A stretch of DNA of 64,000 nucleotides, from assembly GCA_951406725.2 (NCBI GenBank), contig OX597831.1, positions 69,068,001-69,132,000 of the forward strand. The letters are read 5' to 3'. Below the pieces are notes generated by a model that was not told the DNA's origin, did not search any database, and saw only the letters and a program-made list of their open reading frames with translations. This DNA comes from Octopus vulgaris (taxonomy: Eukaryota). Positions 13,150-25,955 of this stretch are shown here, one piece after another. The position numbers and the translations under genes were made by a program. Position 1 is the stretch's first letter. Each line of letters starts with the position of its first letter.

Positions 13150-15250
13150 TGCTTTTTCGCAATGGATGTTGAAGAAATAACAAGACAGATAAATTGGTAA
13201 TAAAATTGGACTACAAATCACCTATTGAATTATGAAGTCCATGTTTTATGTCTATTAACTTGTAGCAGTAATTAGGAATTTTTTTGTAGACGAAAGCTGT
13301 CTGCTCTAAAATAATATTTTCTCCACTGATCATCAAGATCATTAAAACAGTCAGCACAATGGATAGGAAATGAACAACTGGTGGAATAATAGAAATACAT
13401 GCTGGGATCATAAGTTATTTTGGTGCCTAGTTTCTTTAATTTAGCAATAATTCCATCTTTACTGAAAGGAAATCTCTCACCTCTCATTGAATTCAAATTC
13501 TGCTAGGAATTTCAATCAGTCAGTTCTAAATCTGCTACTAATGATTTTTGTTTATTACACAAAAGCTTCACAAATGAAATGACCAGCTGCTTTTCCTCCA
13601 ACTAATATTTTTATAATTACTTTCATAGTTTGGATCAACAACTCATCCTTCATAAAGAACTGCAAGAGCATTGGTGTTTTGATATCATTAAACACAAATA
13701 ATGTAACCTGAAATATTCAAACAGAGATTCAACATTCAGTAAATTCACTCTTTGCAGAACATCCTGAAGGGAAAGTTTTAAGTATTTGATTCTATAATTA
13801 CTTCATACCTTATAAATTCTCTTGGTACCATTAGCATTTGTCAACTTCAATTCACATCAGATACAAAGAAAGCATCAAAACCTTGCAATATCACTGCAAC
13901 TGTTTCTCAAGAAAGCAACCGTGTTTCAGCAAGTTTAGATATTCTGCAGCAACAGTTTCATCAATAAGTTCAAATTCCCAATATCTCTTTTGCTGTGTGA
14001 AAAATAATGTGTTAAATTTTTTACAAAAGCTTTAAATATATGAGAGCCATGCAGCAACAGCATGATCTGCAAAAGAATGACTAATGCAACTCATAAAAAA
14101 AACAATAACTTACCAATAATTTCTGGTAAGTTACATGCACATCATCACGGCGGAACAATTGTCGCTTGCAAATCCAATAATAATTTGTAGAGGAATATTT
14201 TTTCCATTCAAGAAATCGAAACCGAAATCAAAATCAAAGTGAGCTTTGATGACAGGCACAAGCACCATATGAGCATGATCGTTGCCAGCCTCACATTACT
14301 GGCACTTGTGCCCCGTGCTAGTTGGGTGCTAAGAGCACCATCTGAGTATGATCGTTGCCAGAGCGACTAACTGGCTTCTGTGCCGATGGCATGTAAGAGG
14401 CACCATTTGAGCAGGATCGTTACCAGCATCGCCTTACTGGCACCTGTGCCATTGGCATGTGTAAAAAATTTGAACGAGGTTGTCGCCAGTACCGCCTGAC
14501 TGGCTCCCATGCCGGTGACATGTAAAAGCACCCACTACACTCTTGGAGTTAGGAAGGGCATCCAGCTGTAGAAACTCTGTCAGATCAAGACTGAAGCTTG
14601 GTGCAGCCATCTGGTTCGCCAGCCCAGTCAAACCGTCCAACCTATGCTAGCATGGAAAGCGGACGTTAAACGACGATGATGATGATGATGATGATGATAG
14701 ATTTGACAGAATTGTAAGGAACAAGAGTCATTCCACTTGCAACTACAACAGTATCTTACAATGCATCTATAACATCAAACTCATTTAGATCAAAACATCT
14801 CTCAAATATAGCCAAAAATTTGGTGAACTGAAATGTTTGCATTGTTATCAATTATAATAGAAAACTTTTGCATGTTACTGATGACCATTATCAATTTTTC
14901 ATATGGGAAGACATTCCATCCTGAAAGATATACAAGTGTTTTGTTACTTCACTAATAATTTTTCAGTAACCTTATTATGCAAATATTCTCTCTTATTTAC
15001 TATGAGAAGATGACCATTCTTTGTAAATGGAATGCTATTTTTTGAAATATAAGCATTTAACTTTTGGCTTTCATTGGCATAGAGTTATTTAAGTTTCTTA
15101 GAGTAACATTGCTGCTTTTATAGTCACTGGTTCTTTACTTCAATTTTCATTAGGGCAAAGACTTAAATTCAGAATTTAGTACCCATTTTTCCTCGAATGA
15201 CAGAGAATCCTGTTTTCCTGTTTTTGTTAGAATTTCAATTCCATCACTCA
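13150..15250 (-). pseudogene. Highly decayed DNA transposase, probably hAT-like, interrupted by a SINE
   Basis: Fragmented coding-like sequence on the minus strand, including KFSIIIDx (near 14840-14870), which resembles the hAT FSxxxDESTD catalytic motif. Many stops. Confidence 0.4.
14225..14698 (+). mobile_element. SINE-like family C with RTE-type (GAT)n tail
   Basis: Ends GCTAGCATGGAAAGCGGACGTTAAACGAC(GAT)n and has internal imperfect tandem units. Confidence 0.8.
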
Positions 15251-15375
15251 GTATGATAGATACCAAATATAGTATGAATGTAACCAATGCTGGATTTAGC
15301 CCTTAGGCGCACAAAAATTTATATACCAAAGTTCTTTTATTGTCTGTAAATGGAATTCATAATTGAAACATGAAT

Positions 15376-15710
15376 CATCATCATCATCATCGTTTAACGT
15401 CCACTTTCCATGCTAGCATAGGTTGGACGGTTCGACTGGGGTCTGGGAAACCAGGAGGCTGCACCAGGCCCAGTCTGATCTGGCAGTGTTTCTACAGCTG
15501 GATGCCCTTCCTAACGCCAACCACCCCGTGAGTGTAGTGGGTGCTTTTAATGTGCCAGGCGAGGCTAGCAACAACCACGATTGGTTGGTGCTTTTTATGT
15601 GCCACCGGCATGGAGGCCAGTCGGGGCGGCGCTGGCAACGGCCACGTTTGGATGGTTCTTTTACGTGCCACTGGCACTGGTATCACAACTACAATTTCCA
15701 TTGATTTTTG
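15376..15710 (-). mobile_element. SINE-like family C
   Basis: (CAT)n CGTTTAACGTCCACTTTCCATGCTAGC...GGATGCCCTTCCTAACGCCAACC on the plus strand. Confidence 0.85.
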
Positions 15711-16029
15711 AGCAGGTTAAATTCAAAAACAGTCAACCACTTTACCACTGAAAATCCAACTTTTCTTTCTGTCAGATTCAAAACTTCAGAGTGGCAACCA
15801 TCGACACAGACATACTGAAAGGTAAATCTAATGAGATTGTGGTCATACTAGAGTGGAGGTGAGTGGATGTGTGCAGTAGCTAAGATGGGAAAGAGCTTCT
15901 GCCAAGCTCTTCTTTGGCAAGAAATAGCAATAAAAATTCTTCTGGGCAATTAAAATTGATGGCAGGTGTGTGGGAGACACAGACAATTTTTAGAAGTAGA
16001 AGATGATATAACTTCAGTAGTTAGTGTGG

Positions 16030-17150
16030 GATAGGATAATTAAGATGTGACTAGTTATAGACAGCTCAAAACCAGTACTTAACTCCACATGTGCCCGAGA
16101 CAGAAGTACTATTTCTATGAGATCCATCTGTCCGCTACCTCAAACATGATTGACTGCAACTTCATTATCCTGATGGTTTCTATGACATATATAGTGGGTA
16201 TGGATATGGTTCAGTAAATTAAGAGGGTGTGAGGCTCATGGACTTCTGTGATACAACTGATCTAACAATTTGCAACACACTTCAAGAGACTGAACAACTC
16301 TCTCATCACCAACCAATCTGGTGATACATGAGTCAGACAGATTTCATTCTCATTTGGAAGTCAGATAAACAGGACATAGTAAATACCAAAACCTTTCCTG
16401 GAATTCATTGGATTAGAGAAAGCATTTGATTGGGTGCTCAATTTAGTGATCTGATTATCACTAAGGAAACTTATTATAGATGAATGGCTTGTGATGGTTA
16501 TACAAGCTATGTACAAAGATGCAGTATCAGTAATTAAATGAATTAATTGAATTTTGTATGAGCATGGGGATCTATCAAGGCTTGATCTTCAGCCCTTTTC
16601 TATTCATCATAGTCCAACAGGCCATTACAGAGGAGTTTATAATAAGCTGTCTATGAAAACTCATATATACTGATAATCTAGTTTCCCTTGCTCAATCTAT
16701 ATTGGAACTAAAGAGGAAATTTTGGGGTTAGAAGCTGAAACTAGAATTAATAGGCCACAAGATAAATTTAACAAAGTCTAGGGTGTTAGCAAGTAGGAAA
16801 GAAGACAGGGTCCTTATCATCTGGTAAATGGCCTCACTAAATATGTAGAAGAAGAATAGGTGTAAATTTTATACAGGTACCAAATGTATAAACACAGGTG
16901 AAGTGGGGTGAAAAACTGGCTAATGGAAAAGTTTTGTGACAGACACACTGGGGCAATGCATTGTATGATCACACTGGAAATAGATTATCTTAAGTACTCA
17001 AATGGATATCTAGATGTTGTCAATAGTTTCTGTTACACAGGAGATGTAATTGGCTGAGAAGGTGGTTGCTCAGAAAGTATAGAAGCCAGAGTAAACAGAG
17101 GTGGGCAAAAGTTCATGGTGCTATTACCATTTCTGGGGAACAAAGGTATT
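16030..17150 (+). mobile_element. Very decayed RTE LINE (endonuclease and RT remnants)
   Basis: Remnants GYGSVN*EGVRLMDFCDTTDLTICNT and GIYQGLIFSPFLFIIVQQAITEEF...LIYTDNLV, with many deletions. Confidence 0.65.
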
Positions 17151-18154
17151 ATTTTTTGCAGTAGTATCTTACTATAATGTTTTTTGTTTAGTGTATTTAT
17201 ATTCTTCATGAGGAAGTGTATAGAATATTACAGCATCTTTTTTTAATTAATGTTTGGAAAACACTCATAACAAAATGGAGCTATAATATTTTGTTTTTCT
17301 ATGTAATACTTGGCATAAACACACACACACATATACACACACATGCACACACACACATATCCACATATACATATACATAAATGTACATAAAGACAGGCAG
17401 AAATATATACAAGATTTTTCTATATGTGGTATGTATTTGGAAGTGTATGTATGCATGTGATATGCATAGATGTGTTTTATGTTTATTACCATAAAAACAT
17501 AACAGCTTTTCAATAAATAGAGTTTGTCAAGATAAGTACCAGACAGAAATATTGAATCTGTGTGATTGACTATAATCCTTGAACCCAGGGTAGCCACGGT
17601 TCAATAACTGAAAGCATTAGATAAATTAAGCAAAATGTTTATAAGTTCCACATCTCACTAAGATATCATCCTATTGAATTTGGCTAAGTTTTCTATATAG
17701 AAAAAGAAAAAATAATTTATTTCAAGTCTTATGCAAGGGAGATTTATCATCTTTCCAATATATTTTTAGTTAGTATTTGTTACTAATGACCAAAAATAAA
17801 CAAAAAAAAAGGAACAATAAAATATAATCTTATGATTGTCATTAATGCAAGAAATATGCTTTACCTTCTGTTACAGCCTTTTTAAAGTTGTTACAAGACT
17901 ATCAATCACTGAATGTTGATTTTGGCTGAATTGAGCCTCATCTTGTTTTGTAGCAATTAAAACAGTGCATGTGTAGACTATCTTCCCAGTTAATCTTCAA
18001 ATTAAATTATTTGTTTTATTTGTCATGATATTTGATATTTAGTGCACAATGTAAATTATATAACATGCCATAAAGCAGTTCTATATTCAAGAGATGAGGA
18101 ATTATGTACATTATTTACATTTGACGGATATTTGTCCTCATCTTGTTTGTTGTT

Positions 18155-18200
18155 AACACAATGTTTCGGCTGATATACCCTCCAGCCTTCTTCAGGTGTC
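18155..18200 (-). ncRNA. Minimal hammerhead ribozyme motif (one substitution in stem III)
   Basis: Minus strand: GACAC-CTGAAGA-A-GGCTG(gagggtatat)CAGCC-GAAA-CATT-GTGTT. AACATT is one transition from the palindrome AACGTT. Confidence 0.65.
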
Positions 18201-18602
18201 TTGGGGAAATTTCGAACCTGGGTTCTCATTCCTAAGGTATTTTTCAATGTTATTATTATTATTATTATTGTTTAGGTCACTGCTTGGAATCAAACTCAGA
18301 ATATTGGGGTTAGTAGCCCACGTTCTTAACTACAATGCCATATGCTCATGGATAATTATGGAGTGAATTTTAGGGCTTATGGAAAAATGGAAACCACCTC
18401 CTCCTGTGGGATGAAGTTAAAATAATAGATAGAGGGCACCACTGGAAAATGCGAAGACTAAAAGAAGCAGCACATATGCTAGGATGCAACAACCTCCTAA
18501 GCAGACAGTGCAGATACGAGCAGTATATGGGAACCAGTATTAAGGAAGGTTAGAAAAATATTAGATTTATAAGCCCTAAAATTCACTCCATAATTATCCA
18601 CA

Positions 18603-18674
18603 GGCATATGGCATAGTGGTTAAGAGTGCGGGCTACTAACCCCAAGATTCTGAGTTCGATTCCAAGCAGTGACC
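18603..18674 (+). promoter_or_regulatory. tRNA-like Pol III internal promoter inside the PLE pseudo-LTR
   Basis: A box TGGCATAGTGG at 18609-18619, B box GAGTTCGATTCC at 18652-18663, anticodon-like arm GGG-CTACTAA-CCC. Mirrored on the minus strand at about 18275-18348. Confidence 0.65.
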
Positions 18675-19065
18675 TGAATAATAATAACAATAACATTGAA
18701 AAATACCTTAGGAATGAGAACCAAGGTTCGAAATTTCCTCAAGACACCTGAAGAAGCTGAAACATAGTGTTAACAACAAACAAGATATCCTTTTTTTTAT
18801 ACGAATGTAAATAATGTAAATAATGTCATAAAGCATCTGAAAGTTATTCTATAAATATACTTCTAGTATAGTATATACCAACTTTAGAGGAGTAATTATT
18901 CCCTGTAATGTTGAACATGTTTGAAAAGCTCAAACATGATATTGCAAATGGTGGTGCAGAAAAGAATAGTGCTAAATCATTCCTATGCACTGGTATTTAG
19001 TAATATTTGTTGGTTTTCTATAGGAGACATAACCTTGAAATTATTTCAGAGCAAGGCTAGATATA

Positions 19066-20324
19066 CATCAGGTCATTAAGAATGAAATTTCTGATTTTGA
19101 ACTGAAAGTTGATTTTACTTTATCTTAACAAAAAGCAATGCAGTTAATCAATGTATGCACCTAAATTATCAACACAATTTTGTCATTTTATTGGTAGCTT
19201 ATTTATGCCAGCAGCAAAGAATTCTGGAGAGCAAGAGGTGATGAAATCATGAAAGGCTGTTTCTGCATCTTCTTCAGATTTGAAGTTTTGCAGCTTCCTC
19301 AGATTTGTCTCATGCCTGGAAAATGTGATGTCAGTTGGTGCAAGGTCTGGTGAATATGGTGGATGACAGAGTACTTCCAAGTTCAGTTCCTCTAACTTGA
19401 GTAGTGTTCTTTGTGCAACATGTGGTCAAGGATTGTATTCCAAGAGAATTGGCCTGTCTCTACAGACTAATCTCGGTTGTTTAATTCCAAGTTCACTCAT
19501 CATTTCATCCAGTTGGTTGATGTATACATCCGCTGTAATTAACTTACCAGGTCTCATGAAGCTGTAGTGGATGACACCAAATAGATACCATTAGCTTTTT
19601 TTGGTGAATATTCTTTTTTGGATTGTGTTTTGGCACCTTGTCTCTATCCAGCCAACATGCAGAATGCTTGCTATTGTTGAAATGGATCTGTTTTTCATCA
19701 CGCATAACATATGATGCAAATATGGTTTGCTTTTATGCCATGACAGCAAAGAACAGCAAGTTTCAATATGATGTTGTTCAGTTAGTTTAGTACCCACTTG
19801 TCCAGCTTCTTTACCTTGCTGATTTGTTTCAAAAGGTTCAATACAGTTGGAATCGAAGAATCAAATCTTGCTGCTAACTCATGCATAGTTTGAGATGTAT
19901 CTGCTTCCACTACAGTTTCTAGCTCATCATTATCCACCTCAGATCTACCACAGGGCTGTTTTTCAACAGTAAAGTCACCAGACTGGAACATCTCAAATTA
20001 ATTAATATTCACTGTACTCATTCACCACATCTTCACCAAGTACCACATTGATGTTTTGAGCTGTCTGGGATGCATTAGTTTCATAACAGAACTCATATTC
20101 AAAAACAACAAGAATTTTTTTATCTCTCCATGGGTTCACAAAAATTGATTTACAAGAGAAAACTCACAATATAATCAGACACTATGAATTGTATTTAGAA
20201 AAGTGATGATGTGACTCTTCAATGTTGTAAAACAAAGAATTGTCAGGATAAAACATTAGAGTTAACGACTGTCAAACTTGGTGCATAAGAAAATCTGACA
20301 TTTTCATTCTCAGTTACTTGATAT
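19066..20324 (-). mobile_element. Decayed mariner transposon
   Basis: Fragments FQSGDFTVEKQPCGR, VKKLDKWV and HPPYSPDLAPTD. Imperfect TIRs ATCAGGTCATTAAGAATGAAATTTCTGATTTT and AAAATCTGACATTTTCATTCTCAGTTACTTGAT. Length about 1.26 kb. Confidence 0.9.
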
Positions 20325-21879
20325 GCTATACATAAATTAATTTTATAAGTTCATTTGTGCTGCATATCTTTTTTTAATGTATCATAAGAAAGATGGCAGT
20401 GGAAGACCAGACATGATAGATCAATAAACTCAATAAAGAAAGCATTTCATTCTTCCAGGTTTGATCAATATTATTAGCATTCATGCATTGGGTATGGGTG
20501 ATTCAATTAATTAAAAAAATTTTATAAGAATCACTTATAACAAAAGCCATGCAAGTACCCAGCAAAACCTTGGCTGGGTATCAAACACAGATCTTTACAG
20601 TTCTGTCTTGTGATTTCATAAGAAAGAATATTCTCATCAGAAAAAGGAAATACAACATTTAATATAGATTTTAAAAACTGGCATAAGGTCAAAAAATTTA
20701 TAGGAGAAACGTATGGATGATTTAAATGACTATAGTAGTAGCTTCATTGATCCTGTTGGAATGAAAGGAAAAGTTGGCCCTGATAATCACTGTGAAGAAA
20801 CACATTTAAATGCAGGGAGACATCTTATCTAATAGATTTAGATATCTATTGCACTTCTGTGTAATATCTATTTCTAGCATGGGCTCAAGCCATATTCTGT
20901 TATTTTGAGAGGAGGCGAGAAGAGAGGGTATAGTTGGTTGTGATCAATTTTTTGACTTGTACTTCATTTATTGAACCCAGATAAAAGAAAAAGAAGTCCT
21001 TCTGGGGGAGATCTGAAGTCAAAATATTGCCAGACACTTTGTCCAAGACTTTACCATTTCACTCAATCTACTGCCTATCAAATGCTTATTATAACTAACT
21101 AGCTCCAAATATAGTGGGATGGGCTTCATGATTGTACCCACCATTGGACTCACGCACACTACACACACACACACACACTACACACACATATGCACACACA
21201 CGCTTGCCCCCCACCACACGCACAGCATTTTGCTTTTACTGAACCATATGATATAGTGTAGTGTTACGCTTAAAAAAAATTAAAAGGTTTATATATATAT
21301 TGATCTATATATATACATAAGCACAAATATTTCTATGAAAGAATATTACTAGAAAACTTCAGCTATATAAAAAAAAAATGTATGCATGTATGTTTCCGCA
21401 TGCACATCTGCAAATACACATTATTATTAAGCAGACACATAAATAAGTTGTAACTATATATGTATATATGTTCATGTATTGTCTATGCTAGTATATGTGT
21501 GTATCCCTACTTTCACTCATTCATATTCTCCCTTTTCTTGCTTCTTCTTCTTCTTCTTCTTCTTCCTAACTTTATCACTAATGCATTTTAGTATAACAAA
21601 ACTTCAATAGAAATATTTTCATGAATTGAACAGCAACTGCTAGCCTCCACTGACCATTCAAAATACTACAATCAAGGTACTCCCAAATTCTTCGTCTTCT
21701 TCCTCCTCTTCTCCTCCTCCACCACCTTCTTCTTCCCTACCAAGAGCCCACAAGAGTAAACAAGAGAGACAGAGAAAGGCAGAAACAAGGAAAATACCAC
21801 TTATATTTGAACACTATACAAATATTCTTTAAAAAAAACTTTTCTTTTAATTTTTCTAAATTTAATTATTCAATTGTTA

Positions 21880-21915
21880 CAGTTGAAAAGGTCTCAATGA
21901 CTGAAACCGGTACTG
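21880..21915 (+). ncRNA. Hammerhead-like motif with variant core
   Basis: CAG-TTGAAAA-GGTC(tcaat)GACT-GAAA-CCGG-TA-CTG. All three stems can form and stem III contains the palindrome ACCGGT. The core differs from CTGANGA. Confidence 0.45.
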
Positions 21916-21987
21916 AAATGTTCTTTATAAAATTATTTTAGCATTTTATATCCTGACTTGTTTTTTCATATATATATATATATATGT

Positions 21988-24190
21988 AAACTTAGATAAA
22001 CTTAGATATGTTTCGACCAGAGATTGGTCCAGGCCATGTCTAACTTAATAGCACCACCTGATAGGATTATTCGAATCCTGTTTAAGTCAAGTTTTGCTCA
22101 AGTAGTGAGTTCTTGTTGGGTGAGTTGTATCCAGTTTTGTTCAAGTAGTGAGTTCTTGTTGGGTGAGTTGTATCCAATTATGGGTGGCTTATCTGGTATT
22201 CTTTGAAGGAATCTATCCAGACTCTGTTTAAAGTTGATGGGATCCTTTTCCTCTTTGATCTCCCTCGGGACAATGTTAAATAGGGCAGGGCCTGTTGAGG
22301 AAAAGAAATTATGTTGCAGTGTACATGTATGTTGTGATCTTGAATTGGGCAGGGGACGTATAGCCCGTGGTCCAAGTCTTGGATGAGCCTTGAAGCTAAT
22401 GTTTAGGTCGTTTGGGCAAAGTTGGCGGTATATTTTCCACATCGTACAAATGATGTACCGCTCACGGCGACGCTGGAGGGAGTAAAGTTTCAAGGCTTTA
22501 AGGCGATCCCAATAATCGAGAGCAGCCATGCCTTCAATTTGTTTAGTGAGAGCCCTCTGGGGTGACTCAATTCTGGAGATGTTTTGTCTTGTGTGAGGAG
22601 ACCACAGTGGGCAGCAGTATTCAAGGTGTGGCCATACAAAGGAGGAAAAAGTGGTATGATGACACCTTGTTCTCTGGACCGGAAAGTTCTTAAGATCCAG
22701 GAACTCATCCTACGAGCTATATCGACCTTCTTGTTGATGTGTGCACTCCAACTGAGATCGTCATCAACAATTACACCCAGGTCTCTGATATTGTTAGAGG
22801 CTGTGAGCGGTTCCCCTGAAGGAAGAGAGTATGGTTGTTTTAGTGAGGAATTTCTTCCAAAATGCATCAGCTCAAATTTTCCCTCATTCAGTTGCATTTT
22901 GTTTCTGTCTGCCCATTGACTCACAGCATATAGATCAGACTGGAGTTGAGTTCGGTCTGCTTCTTCATTGACGATTTGCTGGAGCTTAGTGTCATCAGCG
23001 AATATTTTCACTTTGCAGTGATGTACGACACTGGAAAGGTCGTTTACGTAAATTATGAAGAGTAGCGGACCCAAAACAGTACCCTGGGGAACACCGCTGG
23101 TGACTTTTGCTGGGTTTGAGTGGACTCCATCAACTACAACATGTTGTGTTCTATTCGCCAGGAAATACTGTATCCAGTGTAGAACTTTTCCATGGATTCC
23201 AACATTTGCCAATTTTGAGAGTAGGATGTTATGGTCTACCCTGTCAAACGCTTTACTGAAGTCAAGATATATGACGTCAGAGTTCGAACCTGTTCCCAAG
23301 GCTTTGAGTACATCTTCGATGTGGTGTAAGAGCTGTGTTAGACAGTCCCTGCCACAGCGAAAGCCATGCTGATTTGAATTTAGGAGTTTGTGGGTCTCCA
23401 GGAAGTCAGCTATCCTTGATCTTAACACTCTTTCAAACACTTTAATGATGTGGGAGGTGAGTGAGATTGGGCGATAGTTGACTGCGAGGGATCTGTTTCC
23501 CTGTTTGAAAACCGGGATGACCGACTGGGATAGAAACTGTTTCGGTATATAACCTGCGTCTAACGAGTTTCTCCAGAGGTTGGTCAGAGGGGCTGCAAGT
23601 TGATATCTACATTCCTTCAGGAGACTAGCGGGAAATCTATCAGGGCCTACAGCAGAGTAATGTTTGACCTCATTTATTGCTGCTACGATGTCGGTGGCAG
23701 TGAAGGTTATGTCTGCGATTTTGTGTTGGGAGTCAACTTCGTTCGTTTCCCTCACGTCAATGTCAGTGGGAACACTGAAGACAGAACAGTATTGTTTCTG
23801 CAGTATTTCTGCCATTTCTTTAGCATCGTGTTGGGGAATGCCGTTATCATCAATCAATGGCCCAATGGGTGAGACAGTGGTTCTATGCTTATTTGCATAA
23901 GAATAGAACACTTTTGGGTTCTGTTTGATGTTTTTGATTACCCATTGTTCCTCCACAGCTCTTTGATTTTCAATGGAGGTTTTCATGTTAGTCTGCAGAT
24001 GAAATTTTTCCAGCTCTAGTCTTTTCATTGTTGTTGAATGTGGATGTTGTGTGTGGGAATATTTTAATTGGTTGATTTTTTTGTTGAGTCTTTTGATGCG
24101 CCTGATGAGTGTTTTTTTCTTTTTAGGGAGCCGGTTTCTGTTTGTGTTAGTAGATTTCTTGGGAGCGTGTTTAGAGCATGTATAGGTGAC
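21988..24190 (-). mobile_element. CR1-group LINE, 5'-truncated, RT domain largely intact
   Basis: ORF 22490-24235 has YRPISLTS, QHGFR, YLDFSKAFD, GVPQGTVLGPLLF and FADDTKL. It frameshifts near 22630 into ORF 22098-22529 (YSLQRRRERY). Short tandem tail (TATCTAAGTT)2. Confidence 0.92.
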
Positions 24191-24679
24191 AATGTATGTA
24201 TGTATGTATGTATAAGTACACAGAAACAGTAACATTTTAGCTGTATATCTAAAATCATTTCTTAGAATGTCAACAGTTACAAAGTCATCTTCAGTCTATA
24301 AATTTCTTTATGAATTATCAAACATTTTATCATCTTATTTACCTTTCATTCAAGTTAGTACTGTTGAAGAATTGTTTGTCATCATTGATGTTTTGTTCAT
24401 TTTCTTTTCCTTTTTTTCTATTAATGATGTCATTTAATAATATTAGAATTGTTTTTGTTATTAGCACTATTACCAGAGTTAATGGCCTTATAATTGCTGT
24501 TATGGTTTGTGCCCTTATATTTTCATAGTAACAAGAAATTTTATAACTATTGTCATTTTGATGGTGGTGATAATAATAGTAATAATAATAGTAATAATGA
24601 TAGTAATAATGATAATAATAATAAACTTTAAGTTTGACAAGACTATCAAACCAACAAAAATCCGAAAATTAAAGAAAAA

Positions 24680-25850
24680 ATACTATATGAAAACCATACT
24701 TGACATTGATACCATCATAGAAACTATCAAGTAGAAGGTATATGCTAAAGTTGCCCACGTAGCAAGGTATGAAAAGCATGTTAAATTCTTTAAGGACAAT
24801 AACATGTTCAAAAATAACCCTAAAAATTTTTACAGGAAGATAAGGAAAATACCATTTGCAGTAAAGTCTGTCTCATCAAAAGATCTGTAGTAATTTTTGA
24901 ATAAAATTTGGGCAGAAGAAAAAACACGCAATGGAAAGTCCCCTTGGATTGATAGAATATCTATAGACTTAGACTCCTTAGAAGAGCAGAAGTGGGAGGG
25001 TATCAAGGTAGAGGATGTAAGATCTGTTCTCAGAAAGTCAGGCAAATCGAAGTTTCCAGGAAAGGATAAAATTCCTAACTTCTGTTTGAATGCCTTCTCA
25101 GAGAGCCATGAACTGCTAACAAAACTTTACAATAATGTTTTGCAACAATCTAGTATGATACCCTCTTGGCTAGTACCATTCCTACTTTCAAAAAATGAAG
25201 AAACAAATGAACCAAAAAATTATAGACCCATAACCTGCTTAACAACAATGTATAAAATGCTAACATCTGTTTTTTAATAGTAAGTGGCATATTCCCTAAT
25301 GAGTGAAAAGGATGTAAACGTGGGTCCTATAGTTGTCAAGATCAGCTACTCATCAATTAGATGATTTTGGAAGATTCTCCCAAACAACACAAACACTTGT
25401 CAATAGCCTGGATAAACTACAAAAATGCTTTTAATAGACTACAACATAGCTAGATTAAGAAATATCTGAAAATGTATAAAATAGCACCTACTCTGTAAGT
25501 ATGAGATCATGGAGAACCACACTGACTTTGAACAGTGACAATGAATCTCTTAATGCTGGAGATGTAAGAATTTCATGTGGCATTTTTCAGGGTGACTCAC
25601 TATCACCACCCTTCTTCCATCTAGCCTTAATGCCTCTCTCAAAATTGCTTGATAATGTACAATACAGCTATAAAATGTTTGATAAAAATACAAATCATCT
25701 CATTTATATGGATGATTTAAAGCTCTTTGCAAAAAATAACCAACAACTACAGGGCTTACTAGCGATTGTTAAATAATTCAATGATATCAAGATGCAATGT
25801 GGCCTCGATAAATGTGCAAGAGCTACCTTTATAAAAAAAATGACAGAAAC
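24680..25850 (+). mobile_element. R4/Dong-like LINE RT fragment, decayed
   Basis: PKNYRPITCLTTMYKMLTSV, GIFQGDSLSP, NHLIYMDDLKLFAKN and GLDKCA. Preceded by a (TAA)-rich tract at 24570-24625. Confidence 0.85.
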
Positions 25851-25905
25851 ATACTTATATGTATATATATATGTGTATATATCTATGTAAGTATATATAC
25901 ATATG

Positions 25906-25955
<50 letters not shown>

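Larger units (their letters stand above)
18069..18835 (+). mobile_element. 5'-truncated Penelope-like element: inverted pseudo-LTR, GIY-YIG C-terminal remnant, pseudo-LTR
   Basis: About 18095-18380 is the reverse complement of about 18569-18820. The spacer translates HLLLWDEVKIIDRGHHWKMRRLKEAAHM. Candidate TSD CATAAAGCA at 18069-18077 and 18827-18835. Confidence 0.8.

Noticed and set aside
14255-14530. CRISPR-like array
   Set aside because: The units are degenerate tandem repeats within a SINE-like element, with no unique spacers or cas genes, in a eukaryotic context.
18603-18674. Functional tRNA gene
   Set aside because: There is no proper acceptor stem and the T-stem is imperfect. It is kept only as a tRNA-derived promoter. 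SINE heads were rejected as tRNAs for the same reason.
22490-24235. Intact active LINE ORF2 or host gene
   Set aside because: The N-terminus is read from a microsatellite flank, the endonuclease domain is missing, and there is a frameshift near 22630.
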